A stretch of DNA of 64,000 nt from Octopus sinensis (GCF_006345805.1 NC_043003.1:45880001-45944000); one strand, 5' to 3'. Numbered from the stretch's first letter, positions 42,156-54,226 are shown. The notes: generated from the letters alone by a model not told the origin. Numbers and translations: made by a program.

Positions 42156-42305
42156 ATACGACGGGCTTCTTTTAGTTTTCGTCTACCAAATCCACTCGCA
42201 AGACTTTGGTCGGGCCGAGGTTGTGGTAGAAGACACTTGACCAAGGTGTCACACAGCGGGACTAAACATGGAACCAAGTGGTTGAGAAATAATCTCTTTA
42301 CTACA
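41482..42305 (-). mobile_element. SINE family A interrupted by a family B dimer
   Basis: The family A tail is at 41482-41593 and the remainder at 41984-42305. Confidence 0.8.
41594..41980 (-). mobile_element. SINE family B (2 units) with a 15 bp TSD
   Basis: Flanked by CCTAGTGCTTATTCT (41579-41593) and CCTGGTGCTTATTCT (41984-41998). Confidence 0.88.
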
Positions 42306-43436
42306 CAATGAAAGTGTACAGTATTATACATCCACTATGGCCTATCTTACCTATAGGTTTCGCACTAGGTGTTCAACCAGCTGTTAGATAACAACACGAT
42401 TATATAAACCTACGTTCTTCAGAGTTGACAGTTATGGACGACGATATGGCAACTGCTCTCTATTACTAGAGGTGAAAAGATACATCTGGTTTGTGATTGC
42501 TGTGAAAAGACGACAAAAGAAATTGAGCAAAGTGTAAGTTAAGGTTCAAAAAACCGCCTCTGGAGGTATTGCAAAGTGACAAGAGATTTCTGTTAAAGTG
42601 CGTATAAGAAAAGTGGCCTTCCTTTTTAAGAGTAGAGAAGCAAATTCCACTCCATTCTTGTACGTAGGTATGTGTGTATATATGTATGTGTTTATGTATG
42701 TATGTATGTATGTATGTATGTATGTATGTATGTATGTATGTATGTATGTATGTATGTATGTATGTATGTATGATGTATGTATGTATGTCGGACACAGGCA
42801 TGACAAATTGATTAAATTCACAAACGAATTTTGAGTGGTATATCCCACTGAGGTAAGTATCTGCTTTTTTTTATGAGACTCTGATTGATCAAGACCTTGT
42901 CTTGAAATTGAATTGATAGAATATTTGACGAAAGAGTCAGGTTCATATTGACTGTATCCCATTTTCAATTGTCCAACCTTGTTACGTGCTGCATCATGCT
43001 GATTCGGTTTAGAGATGCGTTAATTTTATGCGTCCCTATGAAAGAACTTAATAATAAATTTCTGAAGTTAATTTACATATTTGCGAAAAGTTCATTCTGA
43101 TCATTCTTTGCAGGCTAGTGACAAATAAATCAAAAGATTCTGTCCATTTGACATCATCACCTTCGCACAGTGTAATCGCGATTATCTTTAGTTTTATTTT
43201 TGCATGTAGGAAAATAAGATTCACGTATGTTTTTCGCCAAAAGTGATTCGCATAATCAACAGTAAAAAGAGATATGAGTAATAACTGTAGGCAATGATAT
43301 GATCGCTGATGTACTTGTTTGTGTAATGAAAGCCATCGGCAATAAAGTAATAATGTATCGATATTTCCTCACACCGTTATATACATACGCAGACACACGC
43401 ACACAGATATATGCATATACATATATATATATATAT

Positions 43437-43529
<93 letters not shown>

Positions 43530-43537
43530 TTTTTATA

Positions 43538-43638
<101 letters not shown>

Positions 43639-43794
43639 CATGTATATGTATGTGTGTGTGTTTACAAAAATATATATATATACATATTATCAATAATAAT
43701 AAAGGCTAAAATTAATTAGTCAATTAATAATTAATAATTTTACCAAGTAGTTCGGTATGTTAAAGGAATCATTATCGGTAACCTTATACAAAAA

Positions 43795-44050
43795 TTCTAT
43801 AATTATATGCATAATTATAATTAAGGTTCAGCAAAAATTGCTTCACCACATACCGAAATTTTGAAATAGCAGTTGAATAGCATTCCACTACTATAAGATA
43901 TCTCCCAGACAGTAATATTCTCAAGTCACGCAGGTAAAGAGAGATATCTTATGGTAGTGGAATAGTATTTAACTGCTATTTCTAAATTTCGGTATGTGGT
44001 GAAGCAATTTTTGCTGAACCCTAATTATAATTATGCTTATAATTATAGAA
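43795..44050. repeat. Inverted repeat with 110 bp arms and a 36 bp spacer
   Basis: 43795-43904 is the near-perfect reverse complement of 43941-44050. Confidence 0.9.
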
Positions 44051-44169
44051 TTATAGAATATATATATAAGTTCAGCAAAAATTTAGATTCAAATGAATAA
44101 GGTACTTAATTTAGATGCACCAGAATTTTGTATGGTTGTTATCCATAAAAATTCGTGGGGTGATTATAA

Positions 44170-44638
44170 TCAAAATAAGCAACAAGAATGACTCCGGTAA
44201 TTTTGTACGATCGCTTCGTACTACATCATTTTATTAAATGTTGTCAGTATTACAACAGATTTAAGATGCGGAGTACTCATCGGCCAATTATAGAGGTTTT
44301 CCATTAATACAAAAATTTTCAAATTAAGTGGCAACATTACAGAGGAGGTAGATATACAGACAAAGATGTGGATTTAAATTTTAAGAACATATGAGGTAGT
44401 GAAGTCCTTCCACCACTACCTCATATGTTCTTAAAATTTAAATCCACATCTTTGTCTGTATATCTACCTTCTCTATAATGTTGCCACTTAATTTGAAAAT
44501 TTTTGTATTAATAGAAAACCTCTATATTTAGTTGAGTACTCAGCATCTTAAATCTGTTGTAATACTTACAACATTTTATAAAATGATGCAGTACGAAACG
44601 ATCGTACCAAATTACCGGAGTCATTCTTGTTGCTTATT

Positions 44639-44642
<4 letters not shown>
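44170..44642. repeat. ~470 bp palindrome (~230 bp arms, 12 nt loop), probably foldback PLE ends
   Basis: 44170-44401 vs 44414-44642, with loop AAGTCCTTCCAC. Each arm contains a degenerate hammerhead. Confidence 0.9.
44526..44612 (+). ncRNA. Degenerate type I hammerhead with extended stem II (mirror copy at 44201-44289, - strand)
   Basis: The right arm has an intact 3' half (AGTAC-GAAA-CGATCG-TA-CCAA) but a decayed 5' core. The left arm (minus) has AATTGG-CCGATGA-GTACT and a decayed 3' half (GAAG). Confidence 0.55.
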
Positions 44643-44689
<47 letters not shown>

Positions 44690-44844
44690 GTCAAAATATC
44701 GTATATTATTCCCTGTCACATTATAGTACCTCTTGTATTAGACAATGATCTTTGAATTTACGAATCGAATCCTTTTTTTTTAATCCATCTTGTGACAATG
44801 TTCTCATTCTGCAGCCCATAATAGGGAACGTCATCATAATACTG

Positions 44845-45263
44845 TTTTACTCTTTTTACTCTTTTACTTGTTTCAGTCATTTGAATGAGGCCATGCTGGA
44901 GCACCGCCTTTAGTCGAGCAAATCGACCCCAGGGCTTATTCTTTGTAAGCTTCGTACTTATTATATCGGTCTCTTTTGCCGAACCGCTAAGTTACAGGGA
45001 CGTAAACACACCAGCATCGGTTGTCAAGCGATGTTGGGGGGACAAACACAGACACACAAACGTATACACACACATACATATATATATATAAATATATACA
45101 TATATACGACGGGCTTCTTTCAGTTTCCGCCTACCAAATCTACTCACAAGGCTTTGGTCGGCCCGAGGCTATAGTACAAGACACTTGCCCAAGGTATCAC
45201 GCAGTGGGACTCAACCCGGAACCATGTGGTTCATAAGCGAGCTACTTACCACACAGCCACTCC
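44845..45263 (-). mobile_element. SINE family A, full length
   Basis: Reverse-complement match to the other family A copies. Confidence 0.92.
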
Positions 45264-45544
45264 TACGCCTATAGATGATAGATTAAGGTAAAGGAAATTC
45301 TTGCAGAATATCCTGCACAGATGATTTTTTTATAGTGATCACATGTTTGTGTTGCACATTGGCTAACTCCCTCCATCAAATGTATATTGCCTGTTCATTT
45401 ATTTCAGTGTTTCTCAATTGGTGTCAACATGGGCTTTGAGGTTCCATATAAGATTTTGCTGTTAAAATTTATCTGAAATAAGTTAGTTATACTTCGACAT
45501 TACACAAAATATTTTAAGAATCTTTTTTTATACAATTCCTAATA

Positions 45545-45875
45545 TTGGGTTGACCGAAAGTTCGGGCCGAGTTTGAAAGGAAAGAAAAAGGTCAATAAAT
45601 ACTTGCCATTACATTTTTAATAAACCAAATATGAACCATTTTGTTGCACAATGCGTCTCCACCTTTCCTTTAACTTGAAAATACCCTCTTCCCAGAATTG
45701 AGGTGGTTTCATGGCAAAGCATTCATCAAGGTATCTTTTTACGTCATCCAAGGAATTGAAATTTTTTACCACTAAGACTAATTCCTGAATAAGTGGAAAT
45801 CCGAAGGAGCAATATCTGGTGAATATGGAGGGTGGGGTATCACATCCCAGCCGAGCTGCAGCAATTTTGTCTGGT
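45545..45875 (-). mobile_element. mariner transposon 3' fragment with TIR
   Basis: TA|TTGGGTTGACCGAAAGTTC terminus. The minus strand encodes LGWDVIPHPPYSPDIAPSDFHLF...FWEEGIFKLKERWRRIVQQNGSY, the third D of DD34D. Confidence 0.9.
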
Positions 45876-46399
45876 TCCCACGTGCCGAAAATGAACTTTC
45901 TTATCTTCCATTTTAAAGGGTTACAAAATTAACACAGGTTATAGGAACATAAACCTTCTTCCACGAAAAGATAGCTTAAACTGTGCCCTAAATGGAGGTG
46001 TAGTCAAGTTCTATTTTATGGACTCAAACGTGTTCTAAAATTAGTCGACAGGTAAGCTACTATAAATCAGCACGAACTTTCCAGACAACCCAATAGTATC
46101 TATTTATATAAATTCATTAGGCTTTATTTAGACATGGGCGTCCAGTAGAGTAAGATTGGAACCAAAGGGATCCATTGGTAAAAAATGGTTGAGAATAACC
46201 GATCAATATACAAGAAATGCCTAAGAGTTCATCAAAACCATGTATATGCACTGATTCTTTCAGTTTTCCTATATCTGTTACTCATTATCTATTATCTTGC
46301 TGTATCGACTTCCTCTTTTCGTCCACAATTAACGAGTCAGCTATACCTGTTTTTATTGTGTATTCGCAAATTAAATGATCAAACATGCAATTCACACAG

Positions 46400-46760
46400 T
46401 CCTCGGTCATGATGTCTTCTGATAGAGATTTTGTTGAGGACTTATGGCCCTGAAGTTTAGACCTGTTTTTGAATTCTGTCCTGAATTTTTAAAGACTGAT
46501 GAACTTCTAAACATATTTCCGATAGTCCTCTTCTATAACGTAGGAAATTTTCAGATTTTTAGATTAGAATATCATCTGCCTTTGGGTGTTGATCAAACGA
46601 ATTCACTGTTATTGTCACTTCGAAGAGTCTGCATAATTCTTATCATCTTTCGTTATCAGCTCCTATATTCCTGACACCGAAATCTGATAATTCTCATCAT
46701 CTCATGGCACTTCGGTTACCTCTTATGTGTTTTGGCCGATTTTGTAGCTCCACATTCAAT
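46400..46760 (-). mobile_element. Gypsy-like integrase relic (tentative)
   Basis: ELSDFGVRNIGADNER**ELCRLFEVTITVNSFDQHPKADD resembles xFGVPxxIxSDNG...LC.L.......YHPQxxG. Confidence 0.45.
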
Positions 46761-46859
46761 CAAAATGTACGATGATGAGAATCAAAGTTCAAGGACTGTG
46801 TAGTAAATGAAATCATTCGACATACAATAAGAATTCCGTGAACCAAGGTTTAGAGCAAT

Positions 46860-46990
46860 TCATACTCTCATCTATGAAGATAAGTTTATTCCAGTTTTCT
46901 TCACAAAAATAATCTGCACTAAGGTATGGTTGTGTTTTATGATTCAGCAGCAGCACTTGCGCCTTTTCTTTGTTTGGCTTGAGTATGAAG
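46860..46990 (-). mobile_element. Tc1-like transposase relic (tentative)
   Basis: EENWNKLIFIDES resembles the W.KVIFSDES motif containing the first catalytic D. Confidence 0.35.
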
Positions 46991-47552
46991 GATTTATGTA
47001 TATATCTCATCTACATGGTTATCTTAAACCACATTATCGCTACAGTATTTTCCTACAGATTCAATATATTCCCTTGACATCACACGGGATGATAACAGTG
47101 AGACCAATGTTAAACTTTCTTACTATCGATATAAGTCAAAGCCAAATTAAAAGTATGTAGTTAGTACACACACTGTTAACATCTCTATCTGGGAATCTAT
47201 TGGGATACTAATAAGTTCCCCGATTTCAGATTATCTCAAACCGCGAATAGAGTCTCATCTGTAGGGAAATGGATGAGCAGTGAGCACCTCCACCAATGTG
47301 CTCAATGGCTGATAGAATTCATTACATATTATCAAGGCTTACGTGTAAGTGGGTTGATTATGTCTACAAAGTATCAACCCAGCGGAAGTCATGCTGCATC
47401 TTGACAGCTAGCTATGAATTTTAAAAGAATATTGACTTGTAATTAGGAAGACACTACATGTGTGATGGCTTAGTGTAACCTTGAAGGAACTATCTCTTTT
47501 CAGTGAGAAAAGGTTTGTATTATTTTACAGAAATTGTAACAGCTTTCTTTCC

Positions 47553-47590
<38 letters not shown>

Positions 47591-47667
47591 ACACACACCA
47601 CACACACACACACACACACCACACACACACACACACACAACACACACACACACACACACACACACAC

Positions 47668-47726
<59 letters not shown>

Positions 47727-47730
<4 letters not shown>

Positions 47731-47892
47731 GTAGCGTGGAAGGTGTTTATAAGCCATTTAAGAACGTACAAAAACCGTTAGATACACTTCAACATTAAAT
47801 TTAATTTGTCAAAATAATTTAAATGCTGAAGTGAATCTAACGGTTTTTGTGTGTTTCTTAAATGGCTTATAAACACCTTCCACGCTGCAATT
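47727..47892. repeat. Inverted repeat with ~76 bp arms and a ~13 bp spacer, next to (TA)n
   Basis: AATTGTAGCGTGGAAGGTGTTTATAAGCCATTTAAG... pairs with ...CTTAAATGGCTTATAAACACCTTCCACGCTGCAATT. Confidence 0.9.
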
Positions 47893-47985
47893 GTTTTCGT
47901 TCCAGCACACGATCTCAGATCAAGTCACTTGCTATGCAAGTACATCTCCGTAATAATAATAATAATGATAATAATAATAATAATA

Positions 47986-48061
<76 letters not shown>

Positions 48062-48171
48062 GTGTGTGTGTGTGTATGTGTTTGTGTGTATGTATACATA
48101 TATTATGTGATCGCGTGTGTATCGTTGGCGATTTCCTTTCTTCGTCTTCCCTTCTTTGGACTTTCTCTATA

Positions 48172-48205
48172 TTTCTGACGAAGAGCTCCGCTCAAAACGT
48201 GGAAT
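48172..48205 (+). ncRNA. Degenerate minimal hammerhead
   Basis: TTT-CTGACGA-A-GAGC.TCC.GCTC-AAAA-CG-TG. The 5' core is canonical, but GAAA is mutated to AAAA and position 17 is G, so this copy is probably inactive. Confidence 0.55.
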
Positions 48206-48397
48206 TCTCCTTCTGTCTTTCCTTTCCTGAGCGTCCAATAACACTGTATTTATTCTACCTCCTCGCGTTATTGTGTTTTCTCTTTGTTCGTGTTTCCTCT
48301 TCCCCCCTCTCCTCCCCCTCTTCTTCCCCTACCCTTCCCCTCCCCCTCTTCTCCTCACTACACTACACGACTTTACACATCACATCATATATGATGT

Positions 48398-48745
48398 GCC
48401 ATACTAATACATATACCAACTAATACATACTAATACGTACTAATACATACTAATACATACTAATACATACACCAACCCTATACATACACACGTCCAGACC
48501 CCTCATACGCACTTATACTCTCTCATACACACACACACACACTTATACATACTAATACGTACTAATACATACTAATACATACTAATACATACACCAACCC
48601 CATACATACGCACGTCCAGACCTATCCTACGCACTAATACTCTCTGATACACACACACACACACACCCTTATACATACTAATACATACTAATACTTACAC
48701 CAACCCTATACATACACACGTCCAGACCTCTCCTACGCCTTAATA
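48398..48745. repeat. Hierarchical minisatellite: 10-mer (CTAATACATA)n nested in ~127 bp units (about 2.6 copies)
   Basis: Each unit ends ...CACCAACCCTATACATACACACGTCCAGACC (~48470, ~48592, ~48700). Confidence 0.9.
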
Positions 48746-48913
48746 GCTGGTCATTCAACCCTATTATCAACCCTATTATCTCCCCTTATTTCGCTCTCGC
48801 GTCTCATGTTTGATCTTTGACCTCTGGCCGAAATCAGATCGCCATGTTGATTCGTTAGTTACTGCACGCATTTTTTTTCTCTCCTTCTTTCTGTGTTTTT
48901 TTCTCTCTGTGTA

Positions 48914-48951
48914 TCTTTCTGTTGAAGAGCGTAGGCTCGAAACGTTAAAGA
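48914..48951 (+). ncRNA. Minimal type I hammerhead motif with a CUGUUGA core variant
   Basis: TCTTT-CTGTTGA-A-GAGC.GTAG.GCTC-GAAA-CG-TT^AAAGA. Stem I is 5 bp, stem II is 4 bp, and the palindromic ACGT stem III is of the dimer type. Confidence 0.7.
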
Positions 48952-49071
48952 CTTGTTTTATTTATATTTCCTGAGCGCCATACTAATACAATTGTTTGTT
49001 TGTTTTCCACCTGCCTTCGTCTTTTGTCTATTTTCATAAAGCTTCCCGTTATATATATATATACATATACA

Positions 49072-49106
<35 letters not shown>

Positions 49107-49180
49107 ATATATATATTTGTGCGTGTGTATGTGTGCATACTTATATATAATAATAAGAACAATAATCCTTGGATAGAATT

Positions 49181-49242
<62 letters not shown>

Positions 49243-50204
49243 CATGCATACACACCATACATACTTACACCCCTTCATACTTACATACCCGCATTTATAC
49301 AAACATATGCAAACGCGTCTCTCTATATGTGTAGGTAGATATCTACACATATATTTTCCTTTTTGTTTCATCATATATTCTGTTTCGAATTCATTATATA
49401 ATCATGAATATATTTTTTGGAATGATTTTGTTTCAAATCTTAAAAAAATAAAAACGTATTTTTGAATCAATAAACACTGTTATATAAGTTATATATATTC
49501 TATGTTATACAACTAACGCCGAAGTCTCTTGGTATTTTAAAAGAAACACGCATTTCTTTTAGCAAATATTTCAAGATAAAATGTCATATAGTTTTTCGAT
49601 ATTTGCTTTGTGTACGTCTGTGATTTGGTATATCTTTCTCCCAATACGTACGTAAAGGAAACTGTTTGTATATTTATTGTACGTATGTGTATGTATGTAT
49701 ACTTATGAACGATAATCTGTACGAGTATGTATCTACACACTTATTCATTTTAATATGTTGTCTGAGTAGGTGTACATACCAGTGGAAATTCAATTGTCAG
49801 TCATAATGTCGTGCAAGTAATTCGGAAACTATTTCTACAGAAGTATTCTCATATTCTCGAATAGAGCGTTAAATATTCCCCTTGGCTTAAATGCGTATGT
49901 CTGTCGCCGTCGAACACTTTACATCGTTCACTATGCTCAGTTTAACAAGCAACACTTGTAGCTTACTACGACTGTTACCTACTACACTATACCTGTGCAT
50001 TGTTTGTAATATGTGTATGGTCATAATTATGTTCCTATGCAAGTACTCCTGTGCTTATGTATATATGCACGTATGCGTGTGAGAAGTGTTCTTGTCGATT
50101 TTATGGAGTTATTAGGCGATTATATAACGCTGGAAAAACCGCAGTTACAATAACTAACGTAGACAGACAGGTGCGTGCGTAGATGTGAATGCGTGAGCGT
50201 GAGC

Positions 50205-50235
<31 letters not shown>

Positions 50236-50465
50236 TAAGCTTGTATAAATGCATGCTTTTATTGTTATATGTGTTGTACTCTATCTTTCTCGCTCACTCC
50301 TACCTCCTACAGTTCTACCCATCTCTCTCTCTTTATCTCTGTCTCTCTCTCCAACATGGTTACTGCTGGTGTCTGACAAAAAGAATGTTCTATACATATA
50401 TGTGTGTATTTGAGTGTTATGTAATGTATGTTTATGCATGTGCATACATATATATACATACATAC

Positions 50466-50499
<34 letters not shown>

Positions 50500-50683
50500 A
50501 TACATGTGTTGCCCTCTTATGGTTGGGAATCGATTTTATATGAAATCGGGCAGTGGGAAATTTCAAGTGGCGACGTAACACATGGTTATCCAGTTACAAT
50601 AAAGTTCACTTGAAATGACTGATGATAGTGGATAACGATGCAGTCACTCTTTATGTAACCACTTGGAACGTTTGGATCCGTAA

Positions 50684-50755
<72 letters not shown>

Positions 50756-51000
50756 ACATTTACATACATGGCCAGTACCGTATTTGGCCGTACATAAATA
50801 CATATCTCTGTATATATTAAAACACACAAACACACGCTTACACACACACGTACGCACGCACGCGCACGCACACGCACATGTAGTATCCCGTGGATGTGGA
50901 ATACAGCATCTAAAACATGCGATATGTGGAAACGTACGTAGCAATGCTTTAAAGCATTTATGAATTTCCATCCAAAAGTTTTTGCTTTTACTATATATAT

Positions 51001-51106
<106 letters not shown>

Positions 51107-52229
51107 ATGTGTGTGTGTGTGTGTGAGAGTATTTGTATGTGTATATATATGTATGTATGTAAGTATGTATGTATGTATGTATGTATGTAAGTATGTATGT
51201 ATGTATGTATGTATGTAAAGCCAGATATGGTGCTGCTGCCGGTTTCAAAAGCATCAAAAATAGGTGGTTCTATTAGAACTCTCTACTCTCTGGACTGATT
51301 CTCATTGAGAGTAAGAGAAAGAAAAGTACTGAACTGATTGAGCTGTTCAAAAACACCGAGCAGCAAGCAAGGTATCGTTACACGGAGGTGGAATTTAGGC
51401 TGTTTGTCAGCCAGTTTCTCTGTAGAGCTTACAACATGCTAGCGCATCACATGAGCCACAAGGAAAATGGCATAAATTTTCCTGTGAAAGCAGCAGAGGT
51501 TACGTCACAATTACAGCGGCTCAGGAGGTGCGACCCTTATAAACGACAGTGCTAGCACTCGTAATGCTAATTAGACCCGTCTCGGCATTTAACTCGCGTT
51601 TCGTCGCCTGGGTTATCATTAATTGTTGAGAGACCGAAAACACCTGATGATCCTTGGAAGCATTACTGATGATATATCCAGAAGTATCACATGATGTATG
51701 AAAACTATATGCTATGTATGTATATAGATGTCTATATTTATGTGCTAAAGTTTCGAGATATTGATATCGACATTTTTGTTCTTGTATTTCGTAGATAAAA
51801 ATTCTCTAAAATATATTATGTATTTTTAATTATATTGTATTTTTAATCATACGTTTTACAGAATTTTTTTCTACATACATATATATGTGTGTGTGTTTAT
51901 CGACTGGTGTGTGTAGCTATAAATCTATGTATGAATATGTATTTATGTACATATGTGAAGGTGTGTGTGTTTGTGTGTGTGTGTGCGTGCATGCATGTGT
52001 GCGTCTGAGTGTGTCATAAGTACATATATTTGTTTATACATATATGTATCTTTGGATTTGTATATCTGTATATACATGTGTGTGTATGTATGCGTGTGAT
52101 TATGTCAACGGCCGTATTGATCTGTATAGGCATTACTATATGCAAGATTTCATTCTTATATGGGCAGAATAGCAGAATAGCAAGTTCGAAAATCTCTAAG
52201 AGATGAAAGTAGTAACAATACTAAAAAGT

Positions 52230-52620
52230 AATGTTTCTCGTCACTTTAATATGGCTGTTCCATAGAACCGTTTTTATCCACAAGAGGAGCCTCCTCCAGC
52301 TGGTTATCGATGCAATCTGCACCCGATATATATTGCGAACCCCTATCAACTTCTGTCAGAGGACGGGATCACCCGACCGTGCAGTTTCGAGCTATTTGTG
52401 CCCATCGTCAGTGTTCTGGCCACTGCATCATGCCTCATAGGAAGACAATAGCTGGAAGACATTCTCTCGCAGTTGACAATAATGTGATTGATACCTTCAG
52501 ATTTGATCTTGCAAAACCTACAATTGTGAGTCAATGTTTTCTGCCATTTATGCTGTAGGTACTTGGTGGGAGTTCTCTCACTATTCAACTACTTGTAAGT
52601 AGCCTTAAAAGTGGAATGTG
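52230..52620 (-). mobile_element. R4/Dong-like LINE fragment (CCHC region)
   Basis: CRFCKIKSEGINHIIVNCERMSSSYCLPMRHDAVAR is homologous to the 34479-34706 finger. Confidence 0.8.
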
Positions 52621-53976
52621 ATAAACTTGTCAGTATTCCATGCCAAGCTTTTGAGATGATCAATCCCTTCTATGGTTGTCTTCTGCGCCAAATACTATCT
52701 TCCCTTCTATGGTTTTTTTCCGTGCTGGTACTATCTTCTTAATGAATTACTCCATTTGTTTTATTTTGCTCTTCTAATAAATACATTTAACTAATTCACC
52801 CAGGGGAAAATAACTGTGTCAACACTTGTTTCATGCCCGTCCTCAAGTTCATTCACTATCATAATCATCGTGTTGATTTCATAGTCACAAACTTAGGCAA
52901 GATCGTTACTGGTCGCTTTCCAGTGCGGCGGATGTTGTTTCACTGCCACTATACTCGCTTCATATGAGGATAGATAGTAGGACAGATAAACTAGGTGAGA
53001 GGGAGTTTGAAAGAGAAAAGAAAATACAAAGAGAAGCAGACATCTGTGAGGTGGAGGGGAACTTAAGGTGATTTGAGAACTGAATGACAAAAATAGGTTA
53101 ATGAATATAGAGCGAGTAAAGTAGCTGAAGGTAAAATGCTCATGCATATGGAACATTGTATTTTTCTTTCTGTTTCATTGATAATATCAATGAACTGTGA
53201 TGTGCAAAGACACCGCAGACTTAAGAGTGGGCAATGGGTGATGCTATGGATATATTCATATATGAAGCAATCTACAAATGAATCGAATTCATTACCCAGT
53301 TTCAGTTCAAGCTTGTAGATTATTCACTTCTCCATCCATACGTCAGGGGCGAAATTTATGAATAAAACAAGAAACATCCGCCCTTCTTTGTCCAAGTTAG
53401 TAGATATAACCCTTTTTATTACTACTATAAAACCATTATAATGTAATTTATGGAGTTCAATCAATGCAATAATATATACATTACCTGGTATCATAATACG
53501 GTCCTGCAATATATTTTTATTCAAAACTGTATTTTCACAAGTTAGTATTTCGAGTTTCCTGTTGCCGCTTTTGTTAGTTTTGATGCATTTTTATTTGTTG
53601 TGCTTTCACTAATCCATGCATTCAGGACAATATAAAAAGTTTGGCACTTCAATTGTTGGCGCTCCATTGCGGAATAAGAAACGACACTTCAAAATATGGT
53701 GTTCCGTAATATGATATATCCTGTCACTGATATATGTCGTATATTTATATGTGTTATCTCTACGTATTTGATACCCAGAAAATAAAAAGTATGAAAAGAT
53801 GAAAAGATGAAAACGTTGTCAATCTTAAGACATATCTCTTAACATAACGTCATGGTTTTATTGATATAATCCACATTTTTTCTAGATGCCTTTATCTTTT
53901 GCTATCTGCACACTCACGTATACATACATAGCAACACATACAAACACACATGCATGTAAATATTCATATATATGTA

Positions 53977-54071
<95 letters not shown>

Positions 54072-54134
54072 TTATATATGCTTATAAATATATGTGTACA
54101 TTTATATATATATATATTATATATATATATATAC

Positions 54135-54190
<56 letters not shown>

Positions 54191-54191
54191 G

Positions 54192-54226
<35 letters not shown>

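Larger units (their letters stand above)
48100..49030 (+). mobile_element. Non-coding PLE-derived unit: two homologous pLTR-like segments flanking a minisatellite
   Basis: Both segments consist of a pyrimidine tract, a hammerhead-like motif with a GAGC/GCTC stem II, and TTTCCTGAGCG downstream (48231 and 48967 regions). Confidence 0.6.

Noticed and set aside
48398-48745. Regular repeats suggestive of a CRISPR array or telomeric repeat; also the 43 bp pair at 55208
   Set aside because: There are no unique spacers and no cas genes, the context is eukaryotic, and no TTAGGG-type arrays were seen.
51640-51700. Two CTGATGA motifs (hammerhead or C/D-box look-alikes)
   Set aside because: There is no downstream stem II/GAAA/NUH arrangement and no proper C/D terminal stem.
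53484-53502. Possible 19 nt microexon on the minus strand (ttgcag|GACCGTATTATGATACCAG|gtaatg)
   Set aside because: There is no polypyrimidine tract and no neighbouring exons; such AG/GT pairs arise by chance.
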